DNA of 64,000 bases from Acidobacteriota bacterium (GTDB lineage: Bacteria > Acidobacteriota > UBA4820 > DSQY01). Both the position numbers and the translations under genes were made by a program. Below the pieces are notes generated by a model, which saw nothing but the letters and a program-made list of their open reading frames with translations, did no database searches and was not told where the DNA came from. The DNA is taken from assembly GCA_037444825.1 (NCBI GenBank), contig JBBILR010000004.1:55536-119535 (forward strand). Direction: 5' to 3'. Shown here one piece after another: positions 48,011 through 59,127 of the stretch (position 1 is its first letter; each line of letters begins with the position of its first letter).

Positions 48011-48765
48011 CATCTGTTTGCGTGTACCCCGATCTCGAAGGGAAACGGGTGCTGGTGACGGGGGCCTCCTCCGGCATCGGGCTCGCCTGTGCCGAGGCCT
48101 TCCTCGGACAGGGCTCCCGGGTGGTCCTGCACTACCGCAACGGCCGCGGGGCGGCGGAGCGCGCGGCGGCCGCCTTCCCCGGCCGCGCCTTCGCCGCCGG
48201 AGCGGACCTGGCCACGGAGGAGGGGTGCGTGGCCCTGGTGAAGGAGGCGGCGGAGCTCCTCCACGGCCTGGACGTCCTCGTCCATTCGGCGGGGATCTGG
48301 ACCCCGGGGCCCATCCGGGAGCTGAGCCGGGAGACCCTGGAGACCATGTTCCGCACCAACGCCTTCTCTTCCTACTACTTGGCCAGGGAGTGCGCGCGGA
48401 TCCTGGAGAGGGGGAGCCTGATTTTTATCGGTTCCACCGCCGGGCAGCGGGGGGAGCCGGGCCACAGCCACTACGCCGGCAGCAAGGGGGCGGTCCAGTC
48501 CCTGGTGATGAGCCTGGCCCAGGAGCTGGCCCCCGCCATCCGGGTGAACCTCGTCTCCCCCGGCTGGGTGAGGACCCCCATGAGCGGGGAGGCCCTCGCC
48601 GCCCGGGAGCGGGCCATCGTCTCCGTGGTTCCCCTCCGGCGGGTGGCCGAGGCGGAGGACGTGGCGGCGGCGGTCCTCTTCCTCGCCTCCGACGCCTCGC
48701 GCCACTTCACCGGCGCCGACCTCTGCTGCTCCGGCGGGGCGCTCCTTCCCATGCCCCGGGGCTAG
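48007..48765 (+). CDS. SDR family oxidoreductase
   Basis: TGASSGIG, YAGSK and VSPGWV motifs. Confidence 0.92.
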   Translation: MTSVCVYPDLEGKRVLVTGASSGIGLACAEAFLGQGSRVVLHYRNGRGAAERAAAAFPGRAFAAGADLATEEGCVALVKEAAELLHGLDVLVHSAGIWTPGPIRELSRETLETMFRTNAFSSYYLARECARILERGSLIFIGSTAGQRGEPGHSHYAGSKGAVQSLVMSLAQELAPAIRVNLVSPGWVRTPMSGEALAARERAIVSVVPLRRVAEAEDVAAAVLFLASDASRHFTGADLCCSGGALLPMPRG

Positions 48766-50789
48766 GGGGCCGGGGGGCCCTCCGGGCCCAGGGCCGACTC
48801 CAAGTCCCGGACGATCTGCTCCACGTGCCGCCGTTCGGCGGGGTCCAGGTCGGTCTTCAGGGCCCGCCGGAAGGCCTCCAGGGCCTCCCGGGGCCGGTCG
48901 GCCTGCAGGAAGACGGCGCCCAGGGTGAGGGCGGCGGGGGCGTAGGCGGGGTAGCGGGAGAGGACCTCCCGGTAGATCCGGACCGCCTCCTCCGGCCGGT
49001 TCCGCATGAGGTAGACGTCCCCCTCCCGCTTCAGGGTGGCGGCGGGGTCCCGGCTGAGGCGCAGGGCCGCCTGGAAGTCCGCCCGGGCGGCCTCCTCCTT
49101 GCCCTGGATGAGGTGGATCCGGCCTTGGAGGAGGTGGGTCTCCTCGTCGGCGAAGCCCTCGGAAAAGGCCCGCTCCAGCAAGGGGAAGGCCTTGTCCGGT
49201 TCGTTCCGGTCCAGGTAGGCCGCCGCCAGGGCGTTGAGGGCGGTGACGAGCCGGGGGGAGAGGCGAAGGGCCTTCTCGTAGGCGGTGATGGCCTCCGGGA
49301 GCCGCTCCCGGGAGGCCAGGATGTGGCCCTTGGCGGTGTAGGCCTCGGCCAGGCGGGGGGCCAGGGCCAGGGCCCGGTCCAGGGCGGCCAGGGCTTCGTC
49401 GGCGCGCCCCGCCCTCCGAAGGGTCTCCCCGTGCTCGAAGGCCAGGGAGGGGTTTTCCCGGTCCTTCTGGACGAGGGCGCTCAGGATCTTGAGCGCCCCC
49501 TGGAGGTCTCCGGTCTCCCGCAGGAGCCTCGCCCGCGCGGTTTCCCGGAGGACCTCCGTCCGGTCGTGGGGGTCGGGGAGCCCCTGGCGGATGAAACCCT
49601 CGGCGGGGACGGGGGCGTAGCCCAGGCCCCGCAGGGACTCGGAAACCGCCGTTTGGGGGGCCTTTGCCGGGAATGAGGGGAGGGCCTCCTTCAGGCGCCG
49701 CGCCTCGGCGGGGGGCCGGGCGGAGAGGTCCACCGTCTCCCCCGGGTCCGTCTGGAGGTCGAAGAGACGGTCGGCCTGCTGGGACCGCACCCACTTGTAC
49801 CGGCCGTCGGTGACGCCCAGGAGGGGGCTCCACCGGAAGGCGTCGAAGGGGAGCCACGACTCCAATGGCAGGGTCCGAGAAGGGGGCGCCGGGCCGAAGA
49901 GGTCCACTCCGTCGGGGAAGGCGCCCGGGGGGACGGGAAGGCCCAGCCTCCCCAGGACCGACGGGGGGACGTCGGCCAGGGAGCAGGGGCGGCCGTCGCG
50001 CCGCCCCGAAGGAACCCCCGGCCCGGCGAACAAGAGCACCGTCCGCAGCGTGGGCTCGAAGAGGAGGACGCCGTGGGTGGGTTCCCCGTGGTCCCCCAGG
50101 GCCTCCCCGTGGTCGGAGGCCACCACCACCAGGGTGCCGGCGGGCAAGGCGCGAAGCAGCCTCGCCACCTCGGCGTCCACGTAGGCCGCCGCGGCGTCGT
50201 AGGGCTTCCCGGGGAATCGGGCGCCGTAGGCTTCAGGGCTGGAATACGGCTCGTGGGTGTCGAAGTAGTGGACCCAGAGGAAGAGGGGAGATTCTTCCTT
50301 CCCGCGGAGGAGGGAGAGGGCCCGGTCGGTGATTTCCGTAGCGCTCCGGGTCCGGTCGAGGCCCATGGCGTCGTCGTAGACGGCGAAGCCCCGGCTCAGG
50401 CCGTAGCGGCCTTCCAGGACGGCGCTGGCCACCACCGCCTCGCAGCGCCACCCCTCCGCCGCCAGGACCTCCGCCAGGGCCCGCACGCCGGTAGCGAGGC
50501 TCCCCGTGCCGTTGTCGTGGAGGCCCGTCCGAGTTGGAAAGGCCCCCGTCAGCAGCGTCCCGTGGGAGGGGAGGGTCAGAGGCGCCGGGGCGGTGCAGGC
50601 GGTGAAGGCGGTTCCCTTCGCCGCCAGGGCGTTCAGGTTCGGCGCCAGCGGCGCGGGGCCTTTCCAGGCCTCCAGCCGGTCGGCCCGGAAGGTGTCCAAG
50701 GTGACGAGCACCACGTCGGGGCCCTTGGACCACGACAGGGTGCCGGAAAGGGCCAGGAGAACCGCCACAACGACCTTCGGGAGCCTCAC
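48762..50789 (-). CDS. Exported sulfatase-like hydrolase fused to TPR repeats
   Basis: LVTLDTFRAD, TLPSHGTLLTG, SDHGE and HG motifs; C-terminal TPRs; signal peptide. Confidence 0.9.
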   Translation of the reverse strand: MRLPKVVVAVLLALSGTLSWSKGPDVVLVTLDTFRADRLEAWKGPAPLAPNLNALAAKGTAFTACTAPAPLTLPSHGTLLTGAFPTRTGLHDNGTGSLATGVRALAEVLAAEGWRCEAVVASAVLEGRYGLSRGFAVYDDAMGLDRTRSATEITDRALSLLRGKEESPLFLWVHYFDTHEPYSSPEAYGARFPGKPYDAAAAYVDAEVARLLRALPAGTLVVVASDHGEALGDHGEPTHGVLLFEPTLRTVLLFAGPGVPSGRRDGRPCSLADVPPSVLGRLGLPVPPGAFPDGVDLFGPAPPSRTLPLESWLPFDAFRWSPLLGVTDGRYKWVRSQQADRLFDLQTDPGETVDLSARPPAEARRLKEALPSFPAKAPQTAVSESLRGLGYAPVPAEGFIRQGLPDPHDRTEVLRETARARLLRETGDLQGALKILSALVQKDRENPSLAFEHGETLRRAGRADEALAALDRALALAPRLAEAYTAKGHILASRERLPEAITAYEKALRLSPRLVTALNALAAAYLDRNEPDKAFPLLERAFSEGFADEETHLLQGRIHLIQGKEEAARADFQAALRLSRDPAATLKREGDVYLMRNRPEEAVRIYREVLSRYPAYAPAALTLGAVFLQADRPREALEAFRRALKTDLDPAERRHVEQIVRDLESALGPEGPPAP

Positions 50790-50929
50790 GGTGCACCTCC
50801 GCGGCACAGTGTAGCAGAGGGGGAGACGGGGGACGGACAGGAGGCCCCCCGGCGGCCCGGGAGGCGCCCATCGTCTCACGGCCTTCAGTTTCTTGACGTT
50901 AGGGGGACTCGGGAGTAGAATGGACCTTC

Positions 50930-52081
50930 ATGCCGAAGGGCCGCTTCTTCCTGGGGACGTTGGCCGCGGCCGCGGCGGGGCTCCTTGCCGCCTGCCGCGT
51001 CCCCGAGGTGCGCCTCCTCGTCCTCCTGCCCCTCTCGGGACCCCAGGCCGCCTACGGGCGGAGCCTTCTCGCCGGGGCCCGCCTGGGGGAGGAGGCGGTG
51101 AACGCCGCCGGGGGGGTGCGGGGCCGGAAGCTCGTGCTCGCCGTGGAGGACTCGGGGGGCGACGGCCGCCGGGCCCAGGAGGCCCTTCGGGAATGGGCCC
51201 GCACCTCGGGGTGCCGGCTGGTGGTGGGCGGCGCCACCAGCGAGGAGGCGCTGGCCCTGGCTCCGGAGGCGGAGCGCCTGGGCCTTCTGCTTCTCTCCCC
51301 CTCCGCCTCCTCGCCGCTTCTGTCGGACCGCTTTCCCCACTTCTTCCGGACGTGGCCTTCCGACGCCGGGGAGGCCCAGGCGGCGGCGGAGTTTCTGGCC
51401 TACTCCCTCCACGCCACCGAGGTCTTGGTGGTCGCCGAGCCCGGTCCTTACGGGGAAGGGCTCGCGGAGGCCTTTCGGCGGGCCTTCGACGGCGGCCCGC
51501 GCCGGGCGGAGGCCCTGGCCGCGGGAGGGGACCTTGGCCCAAAAGACCCCCTGCCTCCCGGCCCCCAGGCCCTCTTCCTGGCGGGGACGCCGGAGGCGCT
51601 CCTGCCCTACCTGGAAGGGGCCCGCGCCCGGGGGGACGACCGGGTGGCGGTGGCTTCCGGCGCCTTCGCCCGTTCGGGGGCGGAGGCCGGGAACCCTCGG
51701 GGGTGCGACGGACTTTGCGTGGTGGCACCGGGCACGCCCGCAGGGGCCGAGGCCGTGGCCTTCGAGGAGGCCTTCCTGAAGCGCTTTGGCCGCCGCACCG
51801 ACCGGTACGCCCGGAGCGCCTACGATGCCGTGCGGGTGGCGGCGGAAGGGGCGGGGGCGGGAAAAACCGCCGACGAACTCCGGCAGGCCCTTCTGGGGCT
51901 GAAGCAGTTTCCCGGGGCCTCGGGCCCCATCACCTTCGGCCCGGGGGGAGACCTCCACAGGCCGGCGGAGGTCCTCGTCCGCCGGGGGGGGAGCCTGGTC
52001 CCCCTCCGGGAGGTCTCGACGGAGGTCCTTCCCGCGCTCCAGGAAGGGGTGGCCCGACGCCGGCTGGGAGGGAAAGGGTGA
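50930..52081 (+). CDS. LivK-like periplasmic binding lipoprotein
   Basis: LAAC lipobox; [23 protein letters not shown] and GASGPITF motifs. Confidence 0.83.
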   Translation: MPKGRFFLGTLAAAAAGLLAACRVPEVRLLVLLPLSGPQAAYGRSLLAGARLGEEAVNAAGGVRGRKLVLAVEDSGGDGRRAQEALREWARTSGCRLVVGGATSEEALALAPEAERLGLLLLSPSASSPLLSDRFPHFFRTWPSDAGEAQAAAEFLAYSLHATEVLVVAEPGPYGEGLAEAFRRAFDGGPRRAEALAAGGDLGPKDPLPPGPQALFLAGTPEALLPYLEGARARGDDRVAVASGAFARSGAEAGNPRGCDGLCVVAPGTPAGAEAVAFEEAFLKRFGRRTDRYARSAYDAVRVAAEGAGAGKTADELRQALLGLKQFPGASGPITFGPGGDLHRPAEVLVRRGGSLVPLREVSTEVLPALQEGVARRRLGGKG

Positions 52082-52557
52082 GAGGGCGGGTCCTTTGCCT
52101 CGAGGAAGCCGTGGCCTTCCGGCGGGAGCTGCGGGCGAGGGGGGAGCGCCTGGTCTTCACCAACGGGTGCTTCGACCTGCTTCACGCCGGCCACGTCCGC
52201 TACCTTAACGCCGCCCGCGGCCTCGGGGACCGCCTCCTCGTGGGCCTCAACGACGACGCTTCCGTCCGCCGGCTCAAGGGCCCCGGACGCCCCGTGGTTC
52301 CGGAGGCGGAGCGGGCGGAGGTCCTGTGCGCCCTCGAAGCGGTGGACGGCGTGGTGCTCTTTTCGGAGGAGACGCCGCTGGCCCTCATCGAGGCCCTCCT
52401 GCCCGATATCCTGGTGAAGGGGGCCGACTGGCCCCTGGAGGCCATCGTGGGGAGGCGGGAGGTGGAGGCGGCCGGGGGGCGGGTCCTCACCCTGCCGCTC
52501 CTCTCGGGGAGGTCCACCACCGCCCTCCTGGAACGGATCGGGGGCCGCCGGCCGTGA
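52078..52557 (+). CDS. rfaE2: D-glycero-beta-D-manno-heptose 1-phosphate adenylyltransferase
   Basis: [30 protein letters not shown] and STT motifs. Confidence 0.93.
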   Translation: MRGRVLCLEEAVAFRRELRARGERLVFTNGCFDLLHAGHVRYLNAARGLGDRLLVGLNDDASVRRLKGPGRPVVPEAERAEVLCALEAVDGVVLFSEETPLALIEALLPDILVKGADWPLEAIVGRREVEAAGGRVLTLPLLSGRSTTALLERIGGRRP

Positions 52558-55500
52558 ATCCCCTCCTCCACGCCTTCCTGGCGGATCTTTACGAAAAGAC
52601 CGGCGGGGAAACAGGGCTCCCCCGGGCCCGGGGGGGGGCGCTCCCCTTCGTGGCGGCGGCCCACGTCCTCCTCCGCAAGACCCCCCTCGTCCTCCTGGTC
52701 CCCACCGAGGCGCAGGCCCGGAGCCTCCACGGGACGCTGGAAGCCCTCCTGGGGGAGGCCGCGGCGCCGGTCCTCCTGCCCGCCCCCGACGCCGATCCCT
52801 ACGAGGGCCTGCCCAGCCACCCGGGGATCCTTCTCCAGAGGGCCTCCGCCCTGACCCGCCTCCTCCTGGAGGCTCGGCCGGCGGTCCTCCTCTCCGCGGA
52901 ATCGCTTCTGAACCGGGTTCCCCGGCGGGGATGGTGGCGGAACCATCTGCTTCTCTTGGACCGCGGCCTGGAGATGGACCGGCGGGAGCTCCGAATCCGC
53001 CTGTGGACGCTGGGCTACCGGACCGTGGACCTGGTGGGGGAGGCCGGGGAGGCGGCCTTCCGCGGCGGCATCGTGGACCTCTTCCCTCCGTCGGAAAACC
53101 TGCCCGTCCGGCTGGAATTCTTCGGGGACGAGGTGGAGTCCCTCCGCTTCTTCGACCCCGTCTCCCAGCAGTCCCTGGGGGAGGTGGGCCGGGAGGTGGC
53201 GGTCCACCCCCTTTCGGAGGCGGTGCGGGACGAGGCGGTCCTCCTGCCGCTGCGGCGGAAGCTGGAAGAGGAGGGGGAGTTCGGCCGGGTCCGCCTGGAG
53301 GGCTTGGACCGGGTGGGCACCTACCCCTCCTTGGAGGCGGAGGTCCGAGGGGAGGAGGAGTTCTTCGGCCCCTTCCCGGACTTTCTCCCCGGCGCCCGGT
53401 GGGTGGTGGCGGAGCCGGCCCGGATCCTGCACGAGGCGGGGCGGAAGCTTCAGGAGTGGCACGACAGCTTCGTCCGCCGGAGGCGTCCGGCCTTTCTCGA
53501 CCCCGGCCGTCTCTTCCTTTCCCTGAGGGAGGTGGCGGAGGCGGTGCAGGACCCCTCGGTGGTGGAGGCGGGGTCCGCGGAGCCCCCCCTCGCCGTCCAG
53601 CGGCCCGCGGTGAGAATCGGGGAGGTCCACCGGGCTCTGGAGGAGGCGGCGGAAGCGGTGGGGAAAGGCTTCCGGTGCCTCTTCGCGGTGGAGGGACAGG
53701 GGACCCTCCGGCGCCTTCGAGAGCTTTGCGCCGAGGCGGGCCTCACCCTGCTGGATTCCCCCCCCGTGGGAGGAGGCCTGCCCCCCGGCCTGTACGGGGT
53801 CCAGTCCCCCCTTCCCGAGGGGATCGTCTTTCCCGACCAGAAATGGGAAGTCCTCACCGGCCGCGAAATCTTCGGGAGGGGCCGCGCCGCCGCCGAGGGG
53901 CGGGTCCGCAAGCAGGAGGCCTTCTCCACGGGGCTGAGGGACCTGAAGCCCGGGGACCCGGTGGTCCACGTCGAGTACGGCGTGGCCCTCTTCCGCGGGA
54001 TCGAAACGGTGGAGCGGGAGGGGGTGCGGGAGGACTTCCTGGCGCTGGAGTACGCCGGGGGCAGCCGCCTCCTGCTCCCCGTCCAGCGGATGGACCTGGT
54101 GCAGAAGTACGTGGGGCCGGAGGGCTACCGGCCGCCCCTGGACCGTCTGGGCGGAACGGCCTGGAAAAAGAACAAGGAGCGGGCCCGGAAGGCGGTGAAG
54201 GCCGTGGCCGTGGACCTCCTGAGGCTCTACGCCACCCGCCGGACGGTGGAGGTCCCCGCCTGCGGGGAGGACACGGAGTGGCAGGCGGAGTTCGAGGCCC
54301 AGTTCCCCTTCGAGCTGACCCCCGACCAGCAGCGGGCGGTGGAGGAGGTGAAAAGAGACCTCATGCGGAACCGCCCCATGGACCGCCTGGTCTGCGGCGA
54401 CGTGGGCTACGGCAAGACCGAGGTGGCCATGCGGGCCGCCTTCAAGGCCGTCTCCGAGGGGTACCAGGTGGCGGTCCTCTGTCCCACCACGGTCCTGGCC
54501 CTCCAGCACCTGGAGCGCTTTCGGGAGCGCTTCGCCCCCTTCCCCGTCCGGGTGGAGATGCTCTCCCGCTTCGTGCCCCCTCCGCAGGCGCGGGAGGTGG
54601 TCCGCGCGGCGGCCACGGGGGAGGTGGACATCCTCATCGGCACCCACCGCCTTCTCTCCAAGGACGTGCGCCTTCCCCGCCTCATGCTCCTCGTCGTGGA
54701 CGAGGAGCAGCGCTTCGGCGTGAACCACAAGGAGAAGATCAAGGCGCTGAAAGCGCGCGTCCACGTCCTCACCCTCACGGCCACCCCCATTCCCCGCACG
54801 CTACAGATGGGCCTCTCGGGGATTCTGGACATGTCCCTCATCCAGACGGCGCCCAAGGACCGGCTCGCCATCCAGACCTCCGTCCGCCCCTTCGACCCCG
54901 ACCTCGTGGCCGCGGCCCTTCGGAAGGAGCTCCAGCGCGGAGGGCAGGCCTTCTACGTCCACAACCGGGTGGAGACCATCGCCGTGCGGGCGCGGAAGGT
55001 GCAGGAGTGGGTCCCGGAGGCGCGGGTCACCGTGGCCCACGGCCAGATGGGGGAACGGGAGCTGGAGGAGGTGATGGTGGCGTTTTTCCGGGGGGACTAC
55101 GACGTCCTGGTCTGCACCACCCTCATCGAGAACGGCGTGGACCTTCCCCGGGTGAACACCCTGGTGGTGGAGGACGCCCACGCCCTGGGGCTCACCCAGC
55201 TCTACCAGCTCCGGGGGCGCATCGGCCGCTCGGACGTCCCCGCCTACGCCTACCTGTTGACCCCGCCGGGCCACGACCTCAAGGGGGACGCCGCGCGGCG
55301 GCTGGAGACCCTCCAGGAGTTCTCCGAGCTGGGGGCCGGCTTCCGCATCGCCGCGGTGGACCTGGAGCTGAGGGGCGCGGGGAATCTCCTGGGGGCGGAG
55401 CAGTCGGGCCACCTGGCCGCCGTGGGGTTCGAGCTCTACCAGCGCCTCCTGGAGGAGGCGGTGGCGGAGGCCCGCGGGGAAGAGCGGCCGGCGGAAGCCC

Positions 55501-55943
55501 GCTGCGAAATGGCCCTGGGCCTGGACCTCTCCGTTCCCGTGGAGTATATGGAGGAGATGAACCACCGGCTCGCCTTCTACCGGGACCTGGCCCTGGCCGG
55601 GTCCGCCGAGGAGGTGGCCCGGGCGGCGGCCAGGGCCGAGGACCGGTTCGGCCCCATGCCGGAGGTGGTGCGGAGGATGGTGGAAGCGGCTCGGATCCGC
55701 CTGCGGGCGGAGGGGTTGGGGGTGCGGACCCTGGTCCGCCGGCAGGGGCGCCTGTCCCTGACCTTCGATCCGGAGGCGCGGATCCACGCCGCCTCCCTGG
55801 CGGCCTTCCTCTCCAGGAGGCCCGGGGCGCGGATCGCCGCCTCGGGGCTGGTGGAGGTCCCGCTGGCGCCGGGCGAGGAGGTCCTCCCCCTGGTGGAACG
55901 CCTGCTGGCCGCCGCCGCCCCTCCTTCGGAGGCGGCCCCATGA
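52554..55943 (+). CDS. mfd: Transcription-repair coupling factor
   Basis: UvrB-homology RGGIVD, RID domain, [22 protein letters not shown] and TRG motif [12 protein letters not shown]. Confidence 0.96.
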   Translation: MNPLLHAFLADLYEKTGGETGLPRARGGALPFVAAAHVLLRKTPLVLLVPTEAQARSLHGTLEALLGEAAAPVLLPAPDADPYEGLPSHPGILLQRASALTRLLLEARPAVLLSAESLLNRVPRRGWWRNHLLLLDRGLEMDRRELRIRLWTLGYRTVDLVGEAGEAAFRGGIVDLFPPSENLPVRLEFFGDEVESLRFFDPVSQQSLGEVGREVAVHPLSEAVRDEAVLLPLRRKLEEEGEFGRVRLEGLDRVGTYPSLEAEVRGEEEFFGPFPDFLPGARWVVAEPARILHEAGRKLQEWHDSFVRRRRPAFLDPGRLFLSLREVAEAVQDPSVVEAGSAEPPLAVQRPAVRIGEVHRALEEAAEAVGKGFRCLFAVEGQGTLRRLRELCAEAGLTLLDSPPVGGGLPPGLYGVQSPLPEGIVFPDQKWEVLTGREIFGRGRAAAEGRVRKQEAFSTGLRDLKPGDPVVHVEYGVALFRGIETVEREGVREDFLALEYAGGSRLLLPVQRMDLVQKYVGPEGYRPPLDRLGGTAWKKNKERARKAVKAVAVDLLRLYATRRTVEVPACGEDTEWQAEFEAQFPFELTPDQQRAVEEVKRDLMRNRPMDRLVCGDVGYGKTEVAMRAAFKAVSEGYQVAVLCPTTVLALQHLERFRERFAPFPVRVEMLSRFVPPPQAREVVRAAATGEVDILIGTHRLLSKDVRLPRLMLLVVDEEQRFGVNHKEKIKALKARVHVLTLTATPIPRTLQMGLSGILDMSLIQTAPKDRLAIQTSVRPFDPDLVAAALRKELQRGGQAFYVHNRVETIAVRARKVQEWVPEARVTVAHGQMGERELEEVMVAFFRGDYDVLVCTTLIENGVDLPRVNTLVVEDAHALGLTQLYQLRGRIGRSDVPAYAYLLTPPGHDLKGDAARRLETLQEFSELGAGFRIAAVDLELRGAGNLLGAEQSGHLAAVGFELYQRLLEEAVAEARGEERPAEARCEMALGLDLSVPVEYMEEMNHRLAFYRDLALAGSAEEVARAAARAEDRFGPMPEVVRRMVEAARIRLRAEGLGVRTLVRRQGRLSLTFDPEARIHAASLAAFLSRRPGARIAASGLVEVPLAPGEEVLPLVERLLAAAAPPSEAAP

Positions 55944-56800
55944 ACCGCCGCTTCGCCGGTCTGGTCGTGGGGATCTGTCTCCTTTCCCTGGCGGCCTGCA
56001 AGGGGGCTGGGTGGGAGACCCTCCGGAAGCATCCCGACGTTCTGGCGCTGGTGGGCCGCTACCGCATCGAGCGGGCGGATTTCTCGGCCGCGGCCCGGTA
56101 CCGCCAGGCGGGGGAGGGAAGCGACCCCGGCCTCCTAAGCCGCATCTTCGACGGGCTTCTGGAGGAGGTCTTGGTCCTCAACGACGCGGTGAACGGCGCT
56201 TCGCCCCAGCGCCCGGAACCGCTGGGGCCCTACGCCGACCCGGCCCGGCGGGAAGCCTTCGTCGCCACGGTTCTCCAGCAGCGGGTCTACTCCCAGGTCC
56301 GCGTCACCGACGAGGAGGTGGCCGCCCACTACCGGGAACACCTCGCGGAGTACGAAAGGGGACCGGGCATCCTCTTTCGGGAAATCCTCCTTTCGGGGGA
56401 GGCGCAGGCCCGGGAGGCCCGCGCCCTGCTCCGGGGGGGGCACTCCTTCGAGGACGTGGCGCGCCTCTACTCCCTCTCGCCGGAGCGGGGGGCGGCCCAG
56501 TACTTCACCTACGAGGAGCTTCCCGACTACCTCCGGGAGGTGCTCCGGCGGGCCCCCCCGGGGGTGCCCACCGAGCCGGTCCGGGCCTCCGCCGACACCC
56601 TGCAGATCTTTCTCGTGGAACGGCGCTTCCTCCACTACACCCCTCCCCTGGAGGAGGTGGCGCCCCAGATCCGCCTCACCCTCTCCGACGCCGCGGGGGA
56701 GCGCCTCTACGCCGAGTACCTGGAGGGGCTCCGCCGCCGCTTCCCCCCGGAGGTCTTCTGGGGTAAACTGCCCTTCGCCTACCGGAAGGAGACCCCATGA
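55940..56800 (+). CDS. Parvulin-type (PrsA/SurA-like) peptidylprolyl isomerase lipoprotein
   Basis: LAAC lipobox; VTDEEVAAHY and SFEDVARLYS motifs. Confidence 0.75.
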   Translation: MNRRFAGLVVGICLLSLAACKGAGWETLRKHPDVLALVGRYRIERADFSAAARYRQAGEGSDPGLLSRIFDGLLEEVLVLNDAVNGASPQRPEPLGPYADPARREAFVATVLQQRVYSQVRVTDEEVAAHYREHLAEYERGPGILFREILLSGEAQAREARALLRGGHSFEDVARLYSLSPERGAAQYFTYEELPDYLREVLRRAPPGVPTEPVRASADTLQIFLVERRFLHYTPPLEEVAPQIRLTLSDAAGERLYAEYLEGLRRRFPPEVFWGKLPFAYRKETP

Positions 56801-57753
56801 ACCGGTCCGTCCCCGTCCTGCTCCTCGCCGCCGCCCTCGCCGCCCCCGGCCTCCGCGCCGCCGTGCTGGAGGAGGTGGTTCTCAAGGTCAACGACGCCAT
56901 CGTCACCAAGAGCGAGTACGAGGCCCGCCTCCAGAGAACGCTGGAGGGCCTCAAGCGGGAGTACAAGGGCCCCGACCTGGAGGAGCGCCTCCGGGAGGTC
57001 CCCCAACGGCTCCTGGAGCAGATGGAGGAGGAGCTCCTCCTCGTGGAGAAGGCCCGCCAGCTCTACCAGGTGGACCTCATCGTGGACAACCAGCTGGACC
57101 TCTTCATGAAGGAGAACCACCTGGCCACCAAGGCCGACCTGGCCAAGGAGCTGGAAAAGGAGGGGATGACGCTGGAGGAGTTCAAGAAGCAGATGCTCTA
57201 CATCTACGTCCCCGAGTTCATGAAAAGCCGGGAGATCCGCAGCAAGATCGCCGTCTCGGGGGAGGAGGTGAAGACCTTTTACGAGGCCCACAAGGCCGAA
57301 CTGGCCGCCAAGCCCTCGGTCCGGCTCCAGGAGATCCTCCTGCCCCGGGAGCGGTACGACGAGGCGGCGGCCCGGGCGGAGCGGGACCGCATCGCCGCCG
57401 CGGTGAAAGGGGGGCGGGACTTCGGCGAGCTGGCGGAAACCCTCTCCGCCGCCTACTCCCGGAGCGCCCGGGGGGACGCCGGGTGGTTCACCCCGGAGGA
57501 CCTCAGCGCCGACATTTCCCGGGCGGTCTTCTCCCTCAAGGCGGGCGAGGTCTCCCAGGCGGTGCCCACCGTGGCCGGCTGGTACGTCTTCCGGGTGGCC
57601 GAGCGGCGGGAGGCCCGCACGCCCACGCTGGACGAGGCGCGGGAGATGGTGGTGGAGGCCCTCAAGGAGCAGAAGTTCGCCGAAGCCTACAAGGCCTACA
57701 TCGCCGACCTCAAGGCCCAGAGCTTCGTCCGGATCAACCCCCGGTACGTCTGA
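56797..57753 (+). CDS. SurA-like periplasmic chaperone/parvulin PPIase
   Basis: Signal peptide; VVLKVNDAIVT (SurA_N), DFGELA, GDAGWF and LKAGEVS motifs. Confidence 0.82.
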   Translation: MNRSVPVLLLAAALAAPGLRAAVLEEVVLKVNDAIVTKSEYEARLQRTLEGLKREYKGPDLEERLREVPQRLLEQMEEELLLVEKARQLYQVDLIVDNQLDLFMKENHLATKADLAKELEKEGMTLEEFKKQMLYIYVPEFMKSREIRSKIAVSGEEVKTFYEAHKAELAAKPSVRLQEILLPRERYDEAAARAERDRIAAAVKGGRDFGELAETLSAAYSRSARGDAGWFTPEDLSADISRAVFSLKAGEVSQAVPTVAGWYVFRVAERREARTPTLDEAREMVVEALKEQKFAEAYKAYIADLKAQSFVRINPRYV

Positions 57754-57798
57754 TCTTTCCTCGGGAGCGCGCGGAGTGGCGGCGTAGCGCGTGCCCAC

Positions 57799-58074
57799 AT
57801 GCGCCTGGACCTCTTTCTCAAGCACGCGAGGATCCTCAAGCGCCGCGCCGGCGCCAAGGAGGCGGCGGAGGCCGGTCTTCTCACGGTGAACGGCCGCCCC
57901 GCCAAGGCCTCCCGCGAGGTGCGGCCGGGCGACGTGGTGGTGGTTTCGGAGGGGGGGCGCCCCGTCCTGGAGGTGACCCTCCTGAAGGAGCCCCTCCGGC
58001 CCGTTCCCCGAGGCCGGGAAGGGGACTTCTTTCGAGTCCGCCGCCTTCAAGAGCCCGAGGAGGAGCGGTGGTGA
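57799..58074 (+). CDS. S4-domain RNA-binding protein (YabO/RqcP/Hsp15-like)
   Basis: MRLDLFLKHARILKRR...VNGRPAKASREVRPGD. Confidence 0.87.
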   Translation: MRLDLFLKHARILKRRAGAKEAAEAGLLTVNGRPAKASREVRPGDVVVVSEGGRPVLEVTLLKEPLRPVPRGREGDFFRVRRLQEPEEERW

Positions 58075-59072
58075 ACGCCGTCGCCCTGCGCCCCCTCCGC
58101 CTCGGGGACCTGGAGGTGTGGCCGCCGCTGGTCCTGGCCCCCATGGCGGGCCTCACCGACTCCACGTTTCGTGCGCTCGTCCGCCGCATCGGCGGGGTGG
58201 GGCTGGTGGTCTCGGAGATCGTCTCCTCCGAGGGGCTGGTCCGAGGGGGGGAAGCTTCCCGGCGCCTGTTGCGGACGACGGCGGGGGAGCACCCGGTGGC
58301 CCTCCAGATCTCCGGGGCCGACCCGGAGGTTCTGGCCCGGGCCGCCCGCGTTTGCGAGGAGGCCGGGGCCGACGTGGTGGACATCAACATGGGCTGTCCC
58401 GCCCCCAAGGTGACCAAAGGCTGGTGCGGCGCGGCGCTGCTGAGGGAGCCGGTCCTGGCCGCCGCGGCGGCCCGCGCGGTGGTGCGGGCCGTCTCCGTCC
58501 CCGTCACCGCCAAGCTCCGGCTCGGCTGGTCGGAGACCTCCCGCACCTACCTGGAGGTGGGCCGGAGGCTGGAGGACGCGGGGGTCCGCGGCGTGACGCT
58601 CCACGGGAGAACCCGGGAGCAGGGCTACGGAGGCCGCGCCGACTGGGAGGCGGTGGCCTCCCTCAAGGCCGCCCTCTCCATTCCCGTGGTGGGGAACGGG
58701 GACGTGGCCACCCCGGAGGAGGCCCTCCGTCGGCTCCGGGAAACGGGGTGCGACGGGGTCATGATCGGCCGGGCGGCGGTGAAGAACCCCTGGATCTTCC
58801 GCCAGACGCTGGAACTCGCCCGGACCGGGACCTGCCGCCCCGTCCCCCCCTCCGAGCGCCTGGCGGTGCTCCTGGGCCACTTCGAGGAGGTGGTGGCGGG
58901 GGAGCCCCCCCTCGCGGCCCTCCACCGCATGAAGAGCTTCCTGGGGAAGTACACGCTGGGGGTCCCCGGGGCCGCCGCCCTGCGCCGCTCCCTGGAGGGG
59001 ACCCGCGACCCCCGCGTCCTCCTGGAGACCTTCCGGCGGTGGGCCGGCGAAGCCGCGGCCGCCCAACCTTGA
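58071..59072 (+). CDS. dusB: tRNA-dihydrouridine synthase B
   Basis: LAPMAG, DINMGCP, HGRT, GNGD and MIGR motifs. Confidence 0.9.
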   Translation: MNAVALRPLRLGDLEVWPPLVLAPMAGLTDSTFRALVRRIGGVGLVVSEIVSSEGLVRGGEASRRLLRTTAGEHPVALQISGADPEVLARAARVCEEAGADVVDINMGCPAPKVTKGWCGAALLREPVLAAAAARAVVRAVSVPVTAKLRLGWSETSRTYLEVGRRLEDAGVRGVTLHGRTREQGYGGRADWEAVASLKAALSIPVVGNGDVATPEEALRRLRETGCDGVMIGRAAVKNPWIFRQTLELARTGTCRPVPPSERLAVLLGHFEEVVAGEPPLAALHRMKSFLGKYTLGVPGAAALRRSLEGTRDPRVLLETFRRWAGEAAAAQP

Positions 59073-59097
59073 GGGACGCCCCCTCCCGTTCTATACT
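59069..59097 (+). promoter_or_regulatory. Sigma70 promoter of guaA
   Basis: TTGAGG-N17-TATACT. Confidence 0.55.
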
Positions 59098-59127
59098 CGT
59101 CGCGCCCGAGAGGGACCGGAAGGGGCC

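Noticed and set aside
59073-59127. Purine riboswitch before guaA (and preQ1 riboswitch before queF)
   Set aside because: The leaders are too short and lack recognisable aptamer motifs.
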